A DNA stretch of 64,000 nucleotides, taken from contig JBHGNT010000022.1 in NCBI GenBank assembly GCA_043228905.1, positions 2,294,001-2,358,000 on the forward strand, in the 5' to 3' direction. The notes below the pieces were generated by a model. That model was not told the DNA's origin. It did not search any database and was given only the letters and a program-made list of their open reading frames with translations. Position 1 is the first letter of the stretch. Every line of letters starts with the position of its first letter. This stretch comes from Azolla caroliniana (Eukaryota; Plantae; Polypodiophyta). Shown here one piece after another: positions 38,355 to 50,006 of the stretch. Both the position numbers and the translations under genes were made by a program.

Positions 38355-40991
38355 GTGGCAATGGTAGTGCCCCAGTACTTAGCCTCAGTACTTGATAGAG
38401 CCACTGTTGGCTGCTTTTTGCTCCTCCACGCAACAACCGTGCTACCAAGAGAAAACATATTACCGGAGGTGGGTCGACGATCCGATGCATCCCAACCCAG
38501 TCCGTATAACAGTCAACCAGCTTCCCAGCTATACCGTGTTGGTATAACAGTCCCCGATCCTTCGTGCAGCTAACATACCGGAGTATCCGGTGTGCGCACT
38601 GAAGGTGCTCGACGATCGGCTTCTGCATGAATTGGATGATCACTTCGACCGGATACATGATGTTAGGTCGAGTGATTGTCAAGTATATGAGGCTTCCGAC
38701 AATTTGTCAGAACTGTTTCTCATCACAGGCCGGGTCAAAGTCAGGACGTAGCTTCAGGTTCAAGTCCAGGGGTGTAGAGATCGGTCAACATTCTGTCATG
38801 CCGAACTTGTACAACATATTCAACACATAATGGCGTTGTGAGAGAAATATGCCATCGAGGGTTCGAATCACCTCGATCCCAAGAAAATAATGAAGGTCCC
38901 CCAGGTCCTTCATTTCAAATGTGTCTGACAGCTCGGACTTCACTTGGCTGATTTCAAGAGTACGGGGCCGGTGATGACTAAATCATCTACATAAAGAAAA
39001 ATGCAAACTGGACCGCCCGGACCGTTCTGGATGAACAATGAAGAGTCAGACTTTGAGGCCACAAACCCCATCTTACACAACCGATGTGTGATCTTCGCAT
39101 TCCAAGCTTGGGGGGCTTGCTTTAGACCGTAAAGTGACTTCTTGAGGCGGCATACTGCCAACTTGTTCATCTCCGATTGGAATCCGGGGGGTTGGATCAT
39201 ATAGACCCGTTCTTCAAGATCACCTTGAAGAAATGCATTCTTCACGTCCATTTGGTGAAGATGCCATCCCCTTGCCACAACAATTGTCAGTACCACGCGA
39301 ACCATCGTCATCTTCACTACCGGAGAGAAGGTCTCGTCGTAGTCGATTCCGTGGGTCTCTGGGTATCCCTTCGCCACTAACTGGGCTTTGTATCGATTGA
39401 CCGAACTATCGATGTTGTACTTTACCTTGTACATCCACTTGCAACAGATCGGATTGCACTATCCGGGTGGGTCAACCAGGTCCCAAGTGTCGTTGGCATT
39501 TAGTGCTCGCATTTCTTCCTCCATAGCAGCACGCCAACTTGCGTCTTTTGTTGCTTCTGCGTAGCTCTCCGGCTCACGCACCTCCACCCCTTAGTCATGT
39601 ACGCATAGTGATGTGCCATGTACTCATTGTATCCGTACCTTTGGATGGGGTTCTTCTGGCAGATTGAGTGGCTTAACTTTCCGTTAGCTAGTTTGAGGCC
39701 ATTTTTGGCCGGTTCGGACTTCCTTTCTGAAGATCCGCCTTCTTCCTTTCCGGGGTCAGATCCGCTTCAATTTGACCCTTCACTGCCGGTATCGTATTCC
39801 AACATCTTCTTCTTCCCCTTCTCTTTGCGCGTGAACCGTCTCCTCCGTTCCTTGTGCGGGGAGAGCATGACAGAGTCTCCACTACTCGCTGGTTCTTCAT
39901 CTGACTGGTCATCCCGATTCAGCCGTTCATTCGGTCCACTTAGCCGGAATTAGATCAGAGTCTCTTCTAGAGTGCCGAAGTCTTCATCATCTTCCAGGAC
40001 CTCGTCGGGCTCAATAGCCTCATCTTCCGGAATCAGGTCTTCGTCGGGAGTTGGAGTCAGTAGGGTGTACCATGATGCCGACTCATCAAACTCAACATTT
40101 CGACTTACTCATACTTGTTTAGTACGGTAACACTTATAACCCTTCTACTCATGTGAGTAACCGACTAGGATGCAGTTCTCCGACATCAGATCTAGCTTCT
40201 TCTGCTTCTCATCCGGTACATGCACATATGCTATGCTACCGAATATCCGAAGGTGCCTCAAATTTGGTTTCTGCCCGAAATACAGCTCCTATGCGGACAC
40301 CTTGTCTCCGATCCGGTTTTGGATGTAGACGGCTGTCCGTACCGCCTCAACCCAGTAGAATTGGGGCATGCTTTTCTCCTCTAGCATTGCCCTTGCCGCG
40401 TCGACAATCGACCGGTTCTTCCTTTCAGCCACACCGTTTTTGCTCCGGTGTGTATTTACCTCTGAATTCTTTCCGAATTCCGTTCTGCTGCAGATAATTG
40501 TTGAATTGGGCGGAAAAGTATTCTTTTCCGCCATCCGACCAAAGGCACTTGTTCTTCCTCTCCGTTTCCCATTCAACTAAGCTTTGAAGGTTTCAGAAAC
40601 ATTCGGAGACTTCGCTCTTCCTCTCAATGAGGTAGATCCATGTGTGTTGGCTGTAGTCGTCTATGAAGGAGATGAAATACCAAATCCTGCCAAGACTAAT
40701 GTTCTATGCCGGTCCCCATACATCTGAATGGATTAGATCAAGCCGGTGTTGCTTTAGTTCGGTACGGAATGGAAGCCGGTGTTCCTTCCCGAGTTGGTAG
40801 GCTTCACATATTTGGGCCTTCCGACAACTTAATTTCGGCAATCCGAACACAACTTGTTTCAATTGCAGGTCTTGAAGCCTTTGGTAATTGACTTGCCCGA
40901 TCCGCTTATGCCAGAGATCGATGTCTGATTCAATCTTCTGTCCTTTGGCAAACATGGCGGTGCTGACGTCATTAGTGTTGAGGATGAACAT

Positions 40992-41418
40992 TGCTCGGCC
41001 ACAACTGAGTCTTGAATCACTTCTATGAGAATGAAACACAGAAATGGGAAATGGAGTGTAGACAAGGAAATACATAGGATGCTTACGTGGAAAACCCTAA
41101 TAGGGAAAAACCACGGGAGCCCACAGACTCCAAACTATCACTATATGAGAAAGGTACATTCAGAGCCTCAAAGGCAACGACCTAGAGCTCTGTATCTTCG
41201 CCAACCGGTAGTTACAACAGAGTATCGCTCTATATCTCACACTCTCTCTGACTATTGCTCTCTGTACAACAGTTACAATAGTATGAAAACAACACTATGC
41301 ACTATCACATCCACATAAAGTGATTGCCCTAAGTCATATTTATACTTATATGAACTTAGGACTATTTACAAATGTAGCCTCAATAGGCTTACTCAAGACA
41401 TAACTAGCAAAGATGTAA
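40992..41418 (-). repeat. Partial Tnt1-like Copia LTR related to 48028-48822
   Basis: The reverse complement shares GTATAAATATGACTTAGGGCAA and GTGGGCTCCCGTGGTTTTT...TTCCACGTAA blocks; boundaries are approximate. Confidence 0.7.
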
Positions 41419-41458
41419 CTAATTAGCTACAACAAGAAACAAGAATTGATTAACTTAC

Positions 41459-43075
41459 TTGTAGCTTGTCCAAATTGTAATCAGCGACAGTATTTACACC
41501 TAGAAGGTCTAGGTTCATTGAAAGGACCTAGATCTCTATCTACAGTTGAATTTTCCGCTAGGGATCCATCGACCCCTCAATTTCAAGCTCATGTTGAGCA
41601 ACTTGTTCCAGATAATGCCTTAGTAGCAGATTTTCATGTACAAGTTATTTATAACATATTACATACTAGCAAAACAATAGGTACCTGATTGTTGTAACTG
41701 CCAAAGTGACTTTGCTCTCCATCGTAGCAGCCAATGTTGCTTTCTTTAAATCAGTCTTAAAAAACTCCAATGTCTCACAGGCTTCATGGACATTTTTTAG
41801 CATATAGTTAATCAATGTCTCACCTGTATCATCGATATTGGCTTTCATTGTGTATCGGTGTGGTGTATACTTGCGGGTTTGTTGGGAGTCGGCAATTGCA
41901 TCATCAACTGGCATGCTCCAAAATCTTGCCATTTTTTGTTGCAAGCTCCCCATCTTCCGGCATCTTTCTACCGATGCCTCACCATAAATTGCCCAAGCTG
42001 CCCTGTACATTTCAGGTTCACAAGATTCCTTCGATGTTTTACAATACTCGTATGCAAAAGCTCTAGCAAATGAAACGGACAACTTGTTATTGACCGGGAT
42101 CTCTTCATGTACTTTCTGGTGCAGTCTCATGCAGTCATTGTACATGTCCAGTAGTACACGCTTGAGCTTGACCTTGATTTTCACTCTAGGCACTTTATAT
42201 ACTGACATCCAATCTACATCACTAATCAATCTATATGTTAGAACAATAGGGTCAAAACCCTAGAACGACAGACCATATATGTTGTGAAAGTTCTCCTTTG
42301 TCTCGCAAAATTTGCGAATTTCATCCCTCTAGGATAGGGAGGAACAAGCCACCTAAAATAGAAAATCAGTAATCAGAATTGGTGCAAAAACAGAAATTTT
42401 AATGTGAATATGGTACAAAATTACAACACTTTGAGACAATAATTTGAAATTTGTTATCTCTCCTTTTCAACATGTATCAGAAATCAACCACTTAAAAAAT
42501 AAGAAACCCTAATCAGAATTTGTCATGAGAATTGGTGCAAAATTGCAACACATTGCAACAGTAATCTGAAGTTTGTAATTAGAAATTTGTAATGAGAAAC
42601 TTGTAATCTGAAATTTGTAATTAGAAATTTGTAATCAGAAACACTAAACCACTTAAGGGAAACACAAACCCTAATCATCACTAAAGACAGAAATCAACCG
42701 TAATACAAAATTCTGTCATTCAGAAAACACACTTGCTGCTACACCCGATCTTGGAGACATCCTTGTTTGGGACTCTAACGAATTCGCCCTATTCGATTTT
42801 TGGGAAAGATGAACAGACACCAAAGTTATAGACAGTTATTAGAAAGGAAAAAGAAAGTTTTTTTTAATATGTAACTAATACATACCTAGATGAGGATCGA
42901 ATTGGTCGTGTGTTGTAGCTTTGAAGGTGCAATGTCGATCTCAGAGTTTTTGTGCTGCTGCAAGAGCTTCGAGTCTGCGTTTGTGCTCAGAGTACTCTAT
43001 CTGTTTGGATTTCGAACTCAAACTTAGGATTAACAGGAATTTGATGACATTCAAGTCGACCTTAGATGATGGCAT
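41459..43075 (-). pseudogene. 5' exons of the Sola2 second gene, function unknown
   Basis: ATG at 43075, donor after 42886, acceptor before 42352, long exon including ORF 41666-42229, probable donor near 41458. Linkage to 15620-17298 is inferred. Confidence 0.5.
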
Positions 43076-43290
43076 TATTCCCCAAGTTCCACTTCGTCAG
43101 AAACCAAAGTTCAAATATTTGAGTATTCTCATAAATTAAATGACATGTATTTAACTAATAAAACATAAAATTTCGTAAACCATCCTTATGATTTGCCTAC
43201 AAAAAACTAGCTAAATAAATAGCTAATTAGCTATGGCCATTTTAGTAGCTAATTAGCTATAATAGTGTTTCCACTCGCATGCTTTTACCC

Positions 43291-44051
43291 GCATATGAAG
43301 CAAGAATTGGCAACCACCTTGTGGCTCCCACTTTGGGGAAGATGAATATTGATTTGCATGCAACAACGTACAACCACTTATATCATTTTTCTTTATCAAG
43401 AACACGTGATTGAATCTAATATTGTTTAGTTGGGCTAACACTTTCACATTTTCGTCCGCGCCATCTCCTATGTATCTGTTAAAGTTGTATATCTCCTTTA
43501 AGTGGATCACATTCGGACGTGGTGTATATGCATCACAAATGACGTCAAATAACTTCGGTAATGTGAAAGCATCATATTGAGACATCTGTCCAGAGAATGT
43601 ACTAAACATCTGATCAATATGGTCATGTGTGTGACCAACTAGAATGAAGTTAACTTTAACTTTCCTAAACATTCCTTGTTTCACCAACATGCTCAAATAT
43701 CCAAAGATGGTTGAATTCTTGTTCTCCCTAGCAATGTTGTCCAATTGAATGTAGAGAACTAGGAGTGATGGGAGTCCCCAATTCATCAAAACCCTTTGAA
43801 TCACAGTAACTATTAGGTTGGGGTTGTTGTGGACATTCCGGTAAGCAATGAAGACATGAGGTTTAATTATCCCATTATAAGCCAAACAACCCACCAAATG
43901 CATCTGAACGGGACATTTGTTGACGTCTTTTGAAAGCCTCCTAAGGTGGGGCAGACTCGTCTTCTTCCAGTACATACCATCAATCATTAGACACATATAT
44001 TGCTTCGGTTTCTTCAATGACTTCTCTTTGTGATGCATCGGTTTTTTCCGT
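43291..44051 (-). pseudogene. Sola1-like (DUF7869-type) DDD transposase catalytic region
   Basis: CLMIDGM...LYIQLDNIARENKN...VGHTHDHIDQMFS; cut on the right by the LTR element at 44052. Confidence 0.8.
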
Positions 44052-47000
44052 TGTCGCGAAGATTTTCGGCAATGGTGTGAAAATCGCATAAAACATACGA
44101 AATCGAGTATGAATCATATAAAACAATAATAGTGAAAATACTATTTAAAATAAGTTTAATATCTTAGCACAAAAAGATGGAGGTCTTCAAGAGCTTTCGA
44201 ATGCACTTTACTACATAAGAAACGAACATGTAAGTCTCAAGTTATGTGGGTAGGAAGTTTGCAAAGGAAAAGAGAAAGATAAAACTATGAGATATCCCAC
44301 ATAGACAGGACAAATAAACTTCGAATCCTTCCGGTTCAGAAGCCCGGAAATTCCACCTCACGATCCACACCTAATAACGAATCTTCACGACATAATTAAG
44401 TGGTAAACCCGATGTGAAGAAGCGGTAGGAAGGATCAAGACGAGGATCGACTAATACATGGAGATGGCATCCTCAAGCAATCAAGTGGGAGAGTTCGAAA
44501 GAATGATGATAATCGTCGAACAAATGATGAGATCTCGAGACAACGATGCGAGCGTGGAGAAGGCGACAATGTCGTTGAGCTCGAGGGTCAATTTGATGGA
44601 AGGAACATTATGAAGTTCCTTGATGGATATAGAAGGGAGATGAATTAGAGGGACGTGTTTGAAGCGTGTCAAATCACGAGTTTCAAGAGAGTGGTCACCA
44701 ATAACATCCAAAGACACATCATCGAGCTTCAAGAAGGCAAGAAAACATGGTCCGAATTTGAGAAAGCGATATTAACGGAGTTCACGACGGAAGATTTGTC
44801 AAGGACGACGGTGAAGAACCAAAGGTCAAAGCTAAAGAGAGAAGGATAATTGAAGCTTGTTCGATCAAGAGGGTCAATGGGTGCGAGGCCCATGAGATTG
44901 AAGAGATAGCCACGAAAAACGACATCGAGTCGGAGATGGCTATGAACGAGTCGATGGCGGATGGTCATGTGGAGACTTTGCTAACACTTCATCTAGAGAC
45001 TTGGAAAATTGCGTCTGGGAACCAACGTGAGACCCAAGAGACAGATGGTGGCGAAAAGGAAGAGAAGGACTAAGATAATACAGCCAATGACGACCACCAA
45101 ATTTTCTCCACACTTGTTCCAGACACTTGGGCAATTGCGTCCGAGAACCGATGTAAGACCCAAGAGACGGGAGGTGATGGCGAAGTACTGAAGGTCAAAA
45201 CTAATACATGAGGCAAAGAGAGAAGCATAATAAAGGATTCCTCAATAAAAAGGATCAATGGGTATGAGGCCCATGACTTTGAAGAGATAGCTATGGAAAA
45301 TGACGTCAAGACAAAGATGGTGAATGGCCATGAAGAGCCTTTCCCCACACTAGTTCTAGAGACTTGGGCATTAATCGATGTAAGACCCAAGAGACAGAAG
45401 TTGGTAGCGAGGAAGCAAAGGTCAATACTGATTCGAACAACTTTAAGATGGAAATGCCTAAGTGCTGCACGAGAAAAGTCGATGATGGAAATGTATGGGT
45501 TCCTCCACACTTGTTCTAGAGACTTGGGCATTAACCGATGTAAGACCCAAGAGAAGGATAGTGATGGGGAAGAAGCAAGGGTTAAAGCTGATATGTGCAA
45601 CAAAGAGTTTGAGCAAAATATGACAAGGGATGGCGATGACCAAGCAAGCCATGAGGATCCAAAGGATTTGATCAAAACATCTACCACAGACACTATTGTG
45701 AACGAGTCAATGTACCTTGAGCAAGGAGACGATCGAGACAAAGGTGGAACATTCATGAGATTTAAACGATTATCCTCAAGAAGAGAACAAGGGGCCATGA
45801 CAAGAAGTCATAGTAAACCAAATAAAAAACGAATGGTATGGTGGATTGGGTGGCAACAATGATTCGAGTACAAAGAAACATACATGCTCGACGTTGAGGA
45901 ATCATGCTAATCACAATTGCCGAAATCTCACATTCTCTATTCTTGACACGTACTGGAGGACGTGCGGTTTGGTGGGGGTAGATGTCGTGAAGATTTTCGA
46001 CAATGGTGTGAAAATCGCATAAAACATACGAAATCGAGTATGAATCATATAAAACAATAATAACGAAAATACTATTTAAAATAAGTGGTAAACCTAGTGA
46101 CGGATCTTCATGACATAATTAAGTGGTAAACCCGACGTGAAGAAGCGGTAGGAAGGATCAAGACGAGGATCAACTAATACTTGGAGATGGCATCATCACG
46201 CAATCAAGTGGGAGAGTTTGAAAGAATGATGATAATCGTCGAACAAATGATGAGATCTCGAGACAACGATGCGAGCGTGGAAAAGGCTGTCGCACCTAGT
46301 GACGGATCTTCACGACATAATTAAGTGGTAAACCCGACGTGAAGAAGCGGTAGGAAGGATCAAGATGAGGATCGACTAATACTTGGAGATGGCATCATCA
46401 AGCAATCAAGTGGGAGAGTTTGAAAGAATGATGATAATTGTCGAACAAATGATGAGATCTCGAGACAACGATGCGAGCGTGGAAAAGGCTGTCGCACCTA
46501 GTGACGGATCTTCATGACATAATTAAGTGGTAAACCCGACGTGAAGAAGCGGTAGGAAGGATCAAGACGAGGATCGACTAATACTTGGAGATGGCATCCT
46601 CAAGCAATCAAGTGGGAGAGTTCGAAAGAATGATGATAATCGTCGAACAAATGATGAGATCTCGAGACAACGATGCGAGCATGGAGAAGGCTGTCGACTA
46701 TGTCGTTGAGCTCGAGGGTCAATTTGACGGAAGGAACATTACGAAGTTCCTTGATGGATACAGAAGGGAGATGAATCAGAGGGACGTGTTTGAAGTGCGT
46801 CAAATCACGAGTTTTAGGAGAGTGGTCGCCAATAACATCCAAAGACGCATCATCGAGCTTCAAGAAGACAAGACAACATGGTCCGAATTCGAGAAAGCGA
46901 TATTAGCGGAGTTCACGACGGAAGATTTGTCAAGGATGAGTCTACATAGCTTGATGAGGTGGATAGAGAAGAAAAATAAGAAGATGAGCGCCTCGAGGGT

Positions 47001-48027
47001 GTACGACGAGTTCGACCAAATGTTTCGTTGTCCCCCCGGCACAAACCAAGTGCTGCTTGAGGAGGACAAGACTTTGTACTTCTTGAAAGCCGTGGACTTG
47101 AAGGATAGAAGAGAATTGGGGACTCTTCTCGAAGATGATACCCAAGCAAACGGGCTTGTGGCAGATTGGTTTGCTGTGAAGCAAGCAAGCAACAAGATCG
47201 ACATGCGTCATGAATGGCTTGATGATATTGACTGGGTAAGACCAAGAGTAGAAAAAACAAGACCACCTAAAGAAGTCGAGACGCCTTAACAAAGCATCCA
47301 ACATGAAAAGAAGATTGATGATAACTCGAGGACAATGACGGCCATTTCAAAGGAGGACAAATGTTTCCAAAAATGCATTGTGTTCGAAACAACGGATGAT
47401 GGAGCAAGCCAAATCGAAGGTTGCATCAAGGGAGATAAAGAGTGTGAGGTCGACATGATAGAGGATCTAGCCACTAAAGTCGACATCGAGGAGGTGGCTA
47501 TGAACAAAACAACAAGCGTCGACAATGACCATGGCCAAATTTTCTCCGCACTTGTTCCAGAGACTTGAGCAGTTGCTTCCGCTAACCAACGTGAGACCCA
47601 AGAGACGAGAGGTGATGGCGAAGAACCAAAGGTCTAAGCTAAAGAGATAAGCATAATCGAAGCTTGTTCGATCAAGAGGGTCAATGGGTGCGAGGCCCAT
47701 GAGATTGAAAAGATAGCCACGAAAAACGACATCGAGTCGGAGATGGCTATGAATGAGTCGATGGCGGATGGTCATGTGGAGACTTTCCTAACACTTCATC
47801 TAGAGAATTGGGCAATTGCGTCTGGGAACCAACGTGAGACCCAAGAGACGGATGGTGACGAAAAGGAAGAGAAGGACCAAGATAATACAACCAATGACGA
47901 CCGCCAAATTTTCTCCACACTTGTTCCAGAGACTTGGGCAATTGCATTCGAGTACCGATGTAAGACCCAAGAGACGGCGGAACCTGTGGTCGGCATCTGG
48001 CGGCGGAGCCGTTGAGCCGGCGACTAG
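44052..48027 (+). mobile_element. Tandem non-autonomous Trp-PBS LTR elements (second family), rearranged
   Basis: LTR 44052-44392, PBS TGGTAAACCCGAYGTGAA, deleted gag, internally deleted LTR 45983-46115, then a second internal region with gag 46585-47289 and VPETWA/QRETQET repeats. Confidence 0.85.
46093..46696 (+). repeat. Three ~202-bp tandem units, each LTR end + PBS + gag start
   Basis: Units start at 46093, 46295 and 46497. Confidence 0.9.
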
Positions 48028-48499
48028 TGTTGAGAGACAGGTTCCTCCGGATGGGAAGGGAGAAGAACAGTGCCGATGAACAATCTCGGCCGAGGCCGAT
48101 AGGCCCCGGTGAGAACCGGATGAGGAGTACCCGGCTACGGAGAGAGCCGCATGGTGCAGGCCCGGTGAGAACCGGATGAGGAGTACTCGGCTACAGAGAG
48201 CCGGATGGTGCAGGCCCGGTGAGAACCGGATGAGGAGTACCCGGCTACGGAGAGCCGGATGGTGGAGACCCGGTGAGAACCGGATGAGGAGTACCCGGCT
48301 ATGGAGAGCCGGATGGTGCAGACTCGGTGAGGAATGCTCACCGGATGCAGAGACATATTTGTAAATATGTTTCTGAGAGCCCATCGAGGCTATATTTGTA
48401 AATAGCCGAAAAGTCATATTAGTATAAATATGACTTAGGGCAAACTTATAGTTGTTGTCATTTTCTTGTTGGTGCAAGAAGAGAGAGCGTGGAACAGTG

Positions 48500-48547
<48 letters not shown>

Positions 48548-50006
48548 GGTCGTTGCCTCTGCTGTAACCGCCGCCTGTTGCAAAGATCGTGAGCACGAGG
48601 TTGTTCCCTCCGTGAACTCACTGTTGTACATTCTAGCATAGTGATAGTTTGCAACCGGTGGGCTCCCGTGGTTTTTTCCCTAGTTTGGGTTTTTTCCACG
48701 TAAACATCCTGTGTACTTTTCTCTCCTTTGTGTCACGTATTTTCCGTTTCCTGTTTTCTGTGTATGATTCTAAGCTTGGTTGTGGCCGAGTGTTGTGCAT
48801 AAGGAGCGTTGAGTTCTCGTCAAGTGGTATCAGAGGGAAACGACACAGAAATTGGACGAATCGTTTGGCGGCATGTTCAAGCTCACCGGCTCCAACTATT
48901 CAGTGTGGAAGTCGAAGATGAGGGACATGCTCGTGGTTAAAGACCTCTAGCTGCCGGCTCAGTTCGGGGACAAGAGACCGGACAAAATCGACGCCGTGAT
49001 ATGGGAAGTGATGCACATGAAGACAACGGCGTACATACGGTGCTTCGTCGACATGAGTCTGTACAACAACTTCAATGAAGAGAGTAAGGCTCATGAGCTC
49101 TGGGAGAAGATCGACATAATGTTTCAGAACAAAAATGTTGTTAATCAGGTTTCGGTATTCCGGAAGCTAGTAAGACTCCGGTACCAAGATGGCTCCAGCA
49201 TGGCGGAGCACATGAATGCCTTCCAGGGGCTGATACACCAGGCAACATCATTGGAAGTACCTCTCGCTGACGAGGTACTAGCGCTACTCCTGCTCGGTTC
49301 CCTCCCGGATAGCTGGGAGACGTTGGTCGTCACTTTGGGCAACGCCGGGCCGGAAGGAAAGTGGTTATCCCTAGCAAGAGTAAAGTCGAGCTTGCTAGTT
49401 GAGGAGGTGCGTCGGAAAGATAAAGATACGTGCTCTGACTCCTAAGTGCTCCTTACCGAATCAGAACGCGGAAGACATAGAAACCGTAGTCCCCAGAACT
49501 AGGAGAAGTCAAGGACACGGTCAAAGTCAAGGGGGAGGCCCACTTGCTTTTATTGCGGCAAGCCGGGACACTTCCAAAAGAACTGTCGGCATTTCCGTAA
49601 AGACAAGGAAACCGACGGTACCGATTCGAAACGGACCCCGGACCGGAACGGTAAAGACCGGAGGGGAACGGATCGGAAGGGAACGACGGCAATCACGGCA
49701 AGTGAAGAAGAGTTGATGCTCATCACCGAGGACAGTGAGATAAACCTTGCCGACGACGACATGACCTGGGTGGTATACTCCGGAGCATCGTTCCACCTTA
49801 CCCCGGACTGGAAATGCTTCTCATCCTACTCAGCTGGTGATCACGGCTGTGTCCGGATGGGGAATGAAGGTACATGCCGAATTGTCGGCATAGGAGACGT
49901 GTGGCTGTCAACACCAACCGGATGCAAGTTGCTGCTGAAGGATGTTCGACATGTTCCGGAGGTTCGTCTGAACCTGATATCAGCCGGTCGGCTAGATGAT
50001 GAAGGC
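48028..50006 (+). mobile_element. Tnt1-like Copia 5' portion (LTR ~48028-48822, iMet PBS, gag-PR)
   Basis: PBS TGGTATCAGAG at 48825; MFKLTGSNYSVWKSKM, LLLGSLPDSWETL, CFYCGKPGHFQKNC, WVVYSGASFH; ~54-bp U3 repeats at 48104-48340. The LTR start is uncertain. Confidence 0.88.

Larger units (their letters stand above)
36406..40991 (-). mobile_element. Ty1/Copia remnant (INT-RT-RH plus 3' LTR 36406-37152), 5'-truncated
   Basis: LWHKRIG, HSDVWGP, NGVAERKNR, QMDVKNAFL, LYVDDL, HCDNMS, ANIFTKPL; PPT-like TTAAGGGCGAG next to the LTR. Confidence 0.9.
10056..43290 (+). mobile_element. Sola2-like DNA transposon, expanded to 33.2 kb by nested insertions
   Basis: TIRs GGTTGAAAGCATGCGAGTGGAAACA (10056-10080) and TGTTTCCACTCGCATGCTTTTACCC (43266-43290); 4-bp TSD GCAT at 10052-10055 and 43291-43294; internal Sola2-type transposase. 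Confidence 0.88.

Noticed and set aside
36406-41418. Single intact Copia bounded by a CTAAT TSD
   Set aside because: CTAAT is part of the surrounding satellite, the right-hand LTR is from a different family, and it lacks a proper terminus.
47800-48699. 299-aa minus-strand ORF and other antisense ORFs over TE genes
   Set aside because: Shadow ORFs from LTR repeats and GC-rich coding strands; no recognisable domains.
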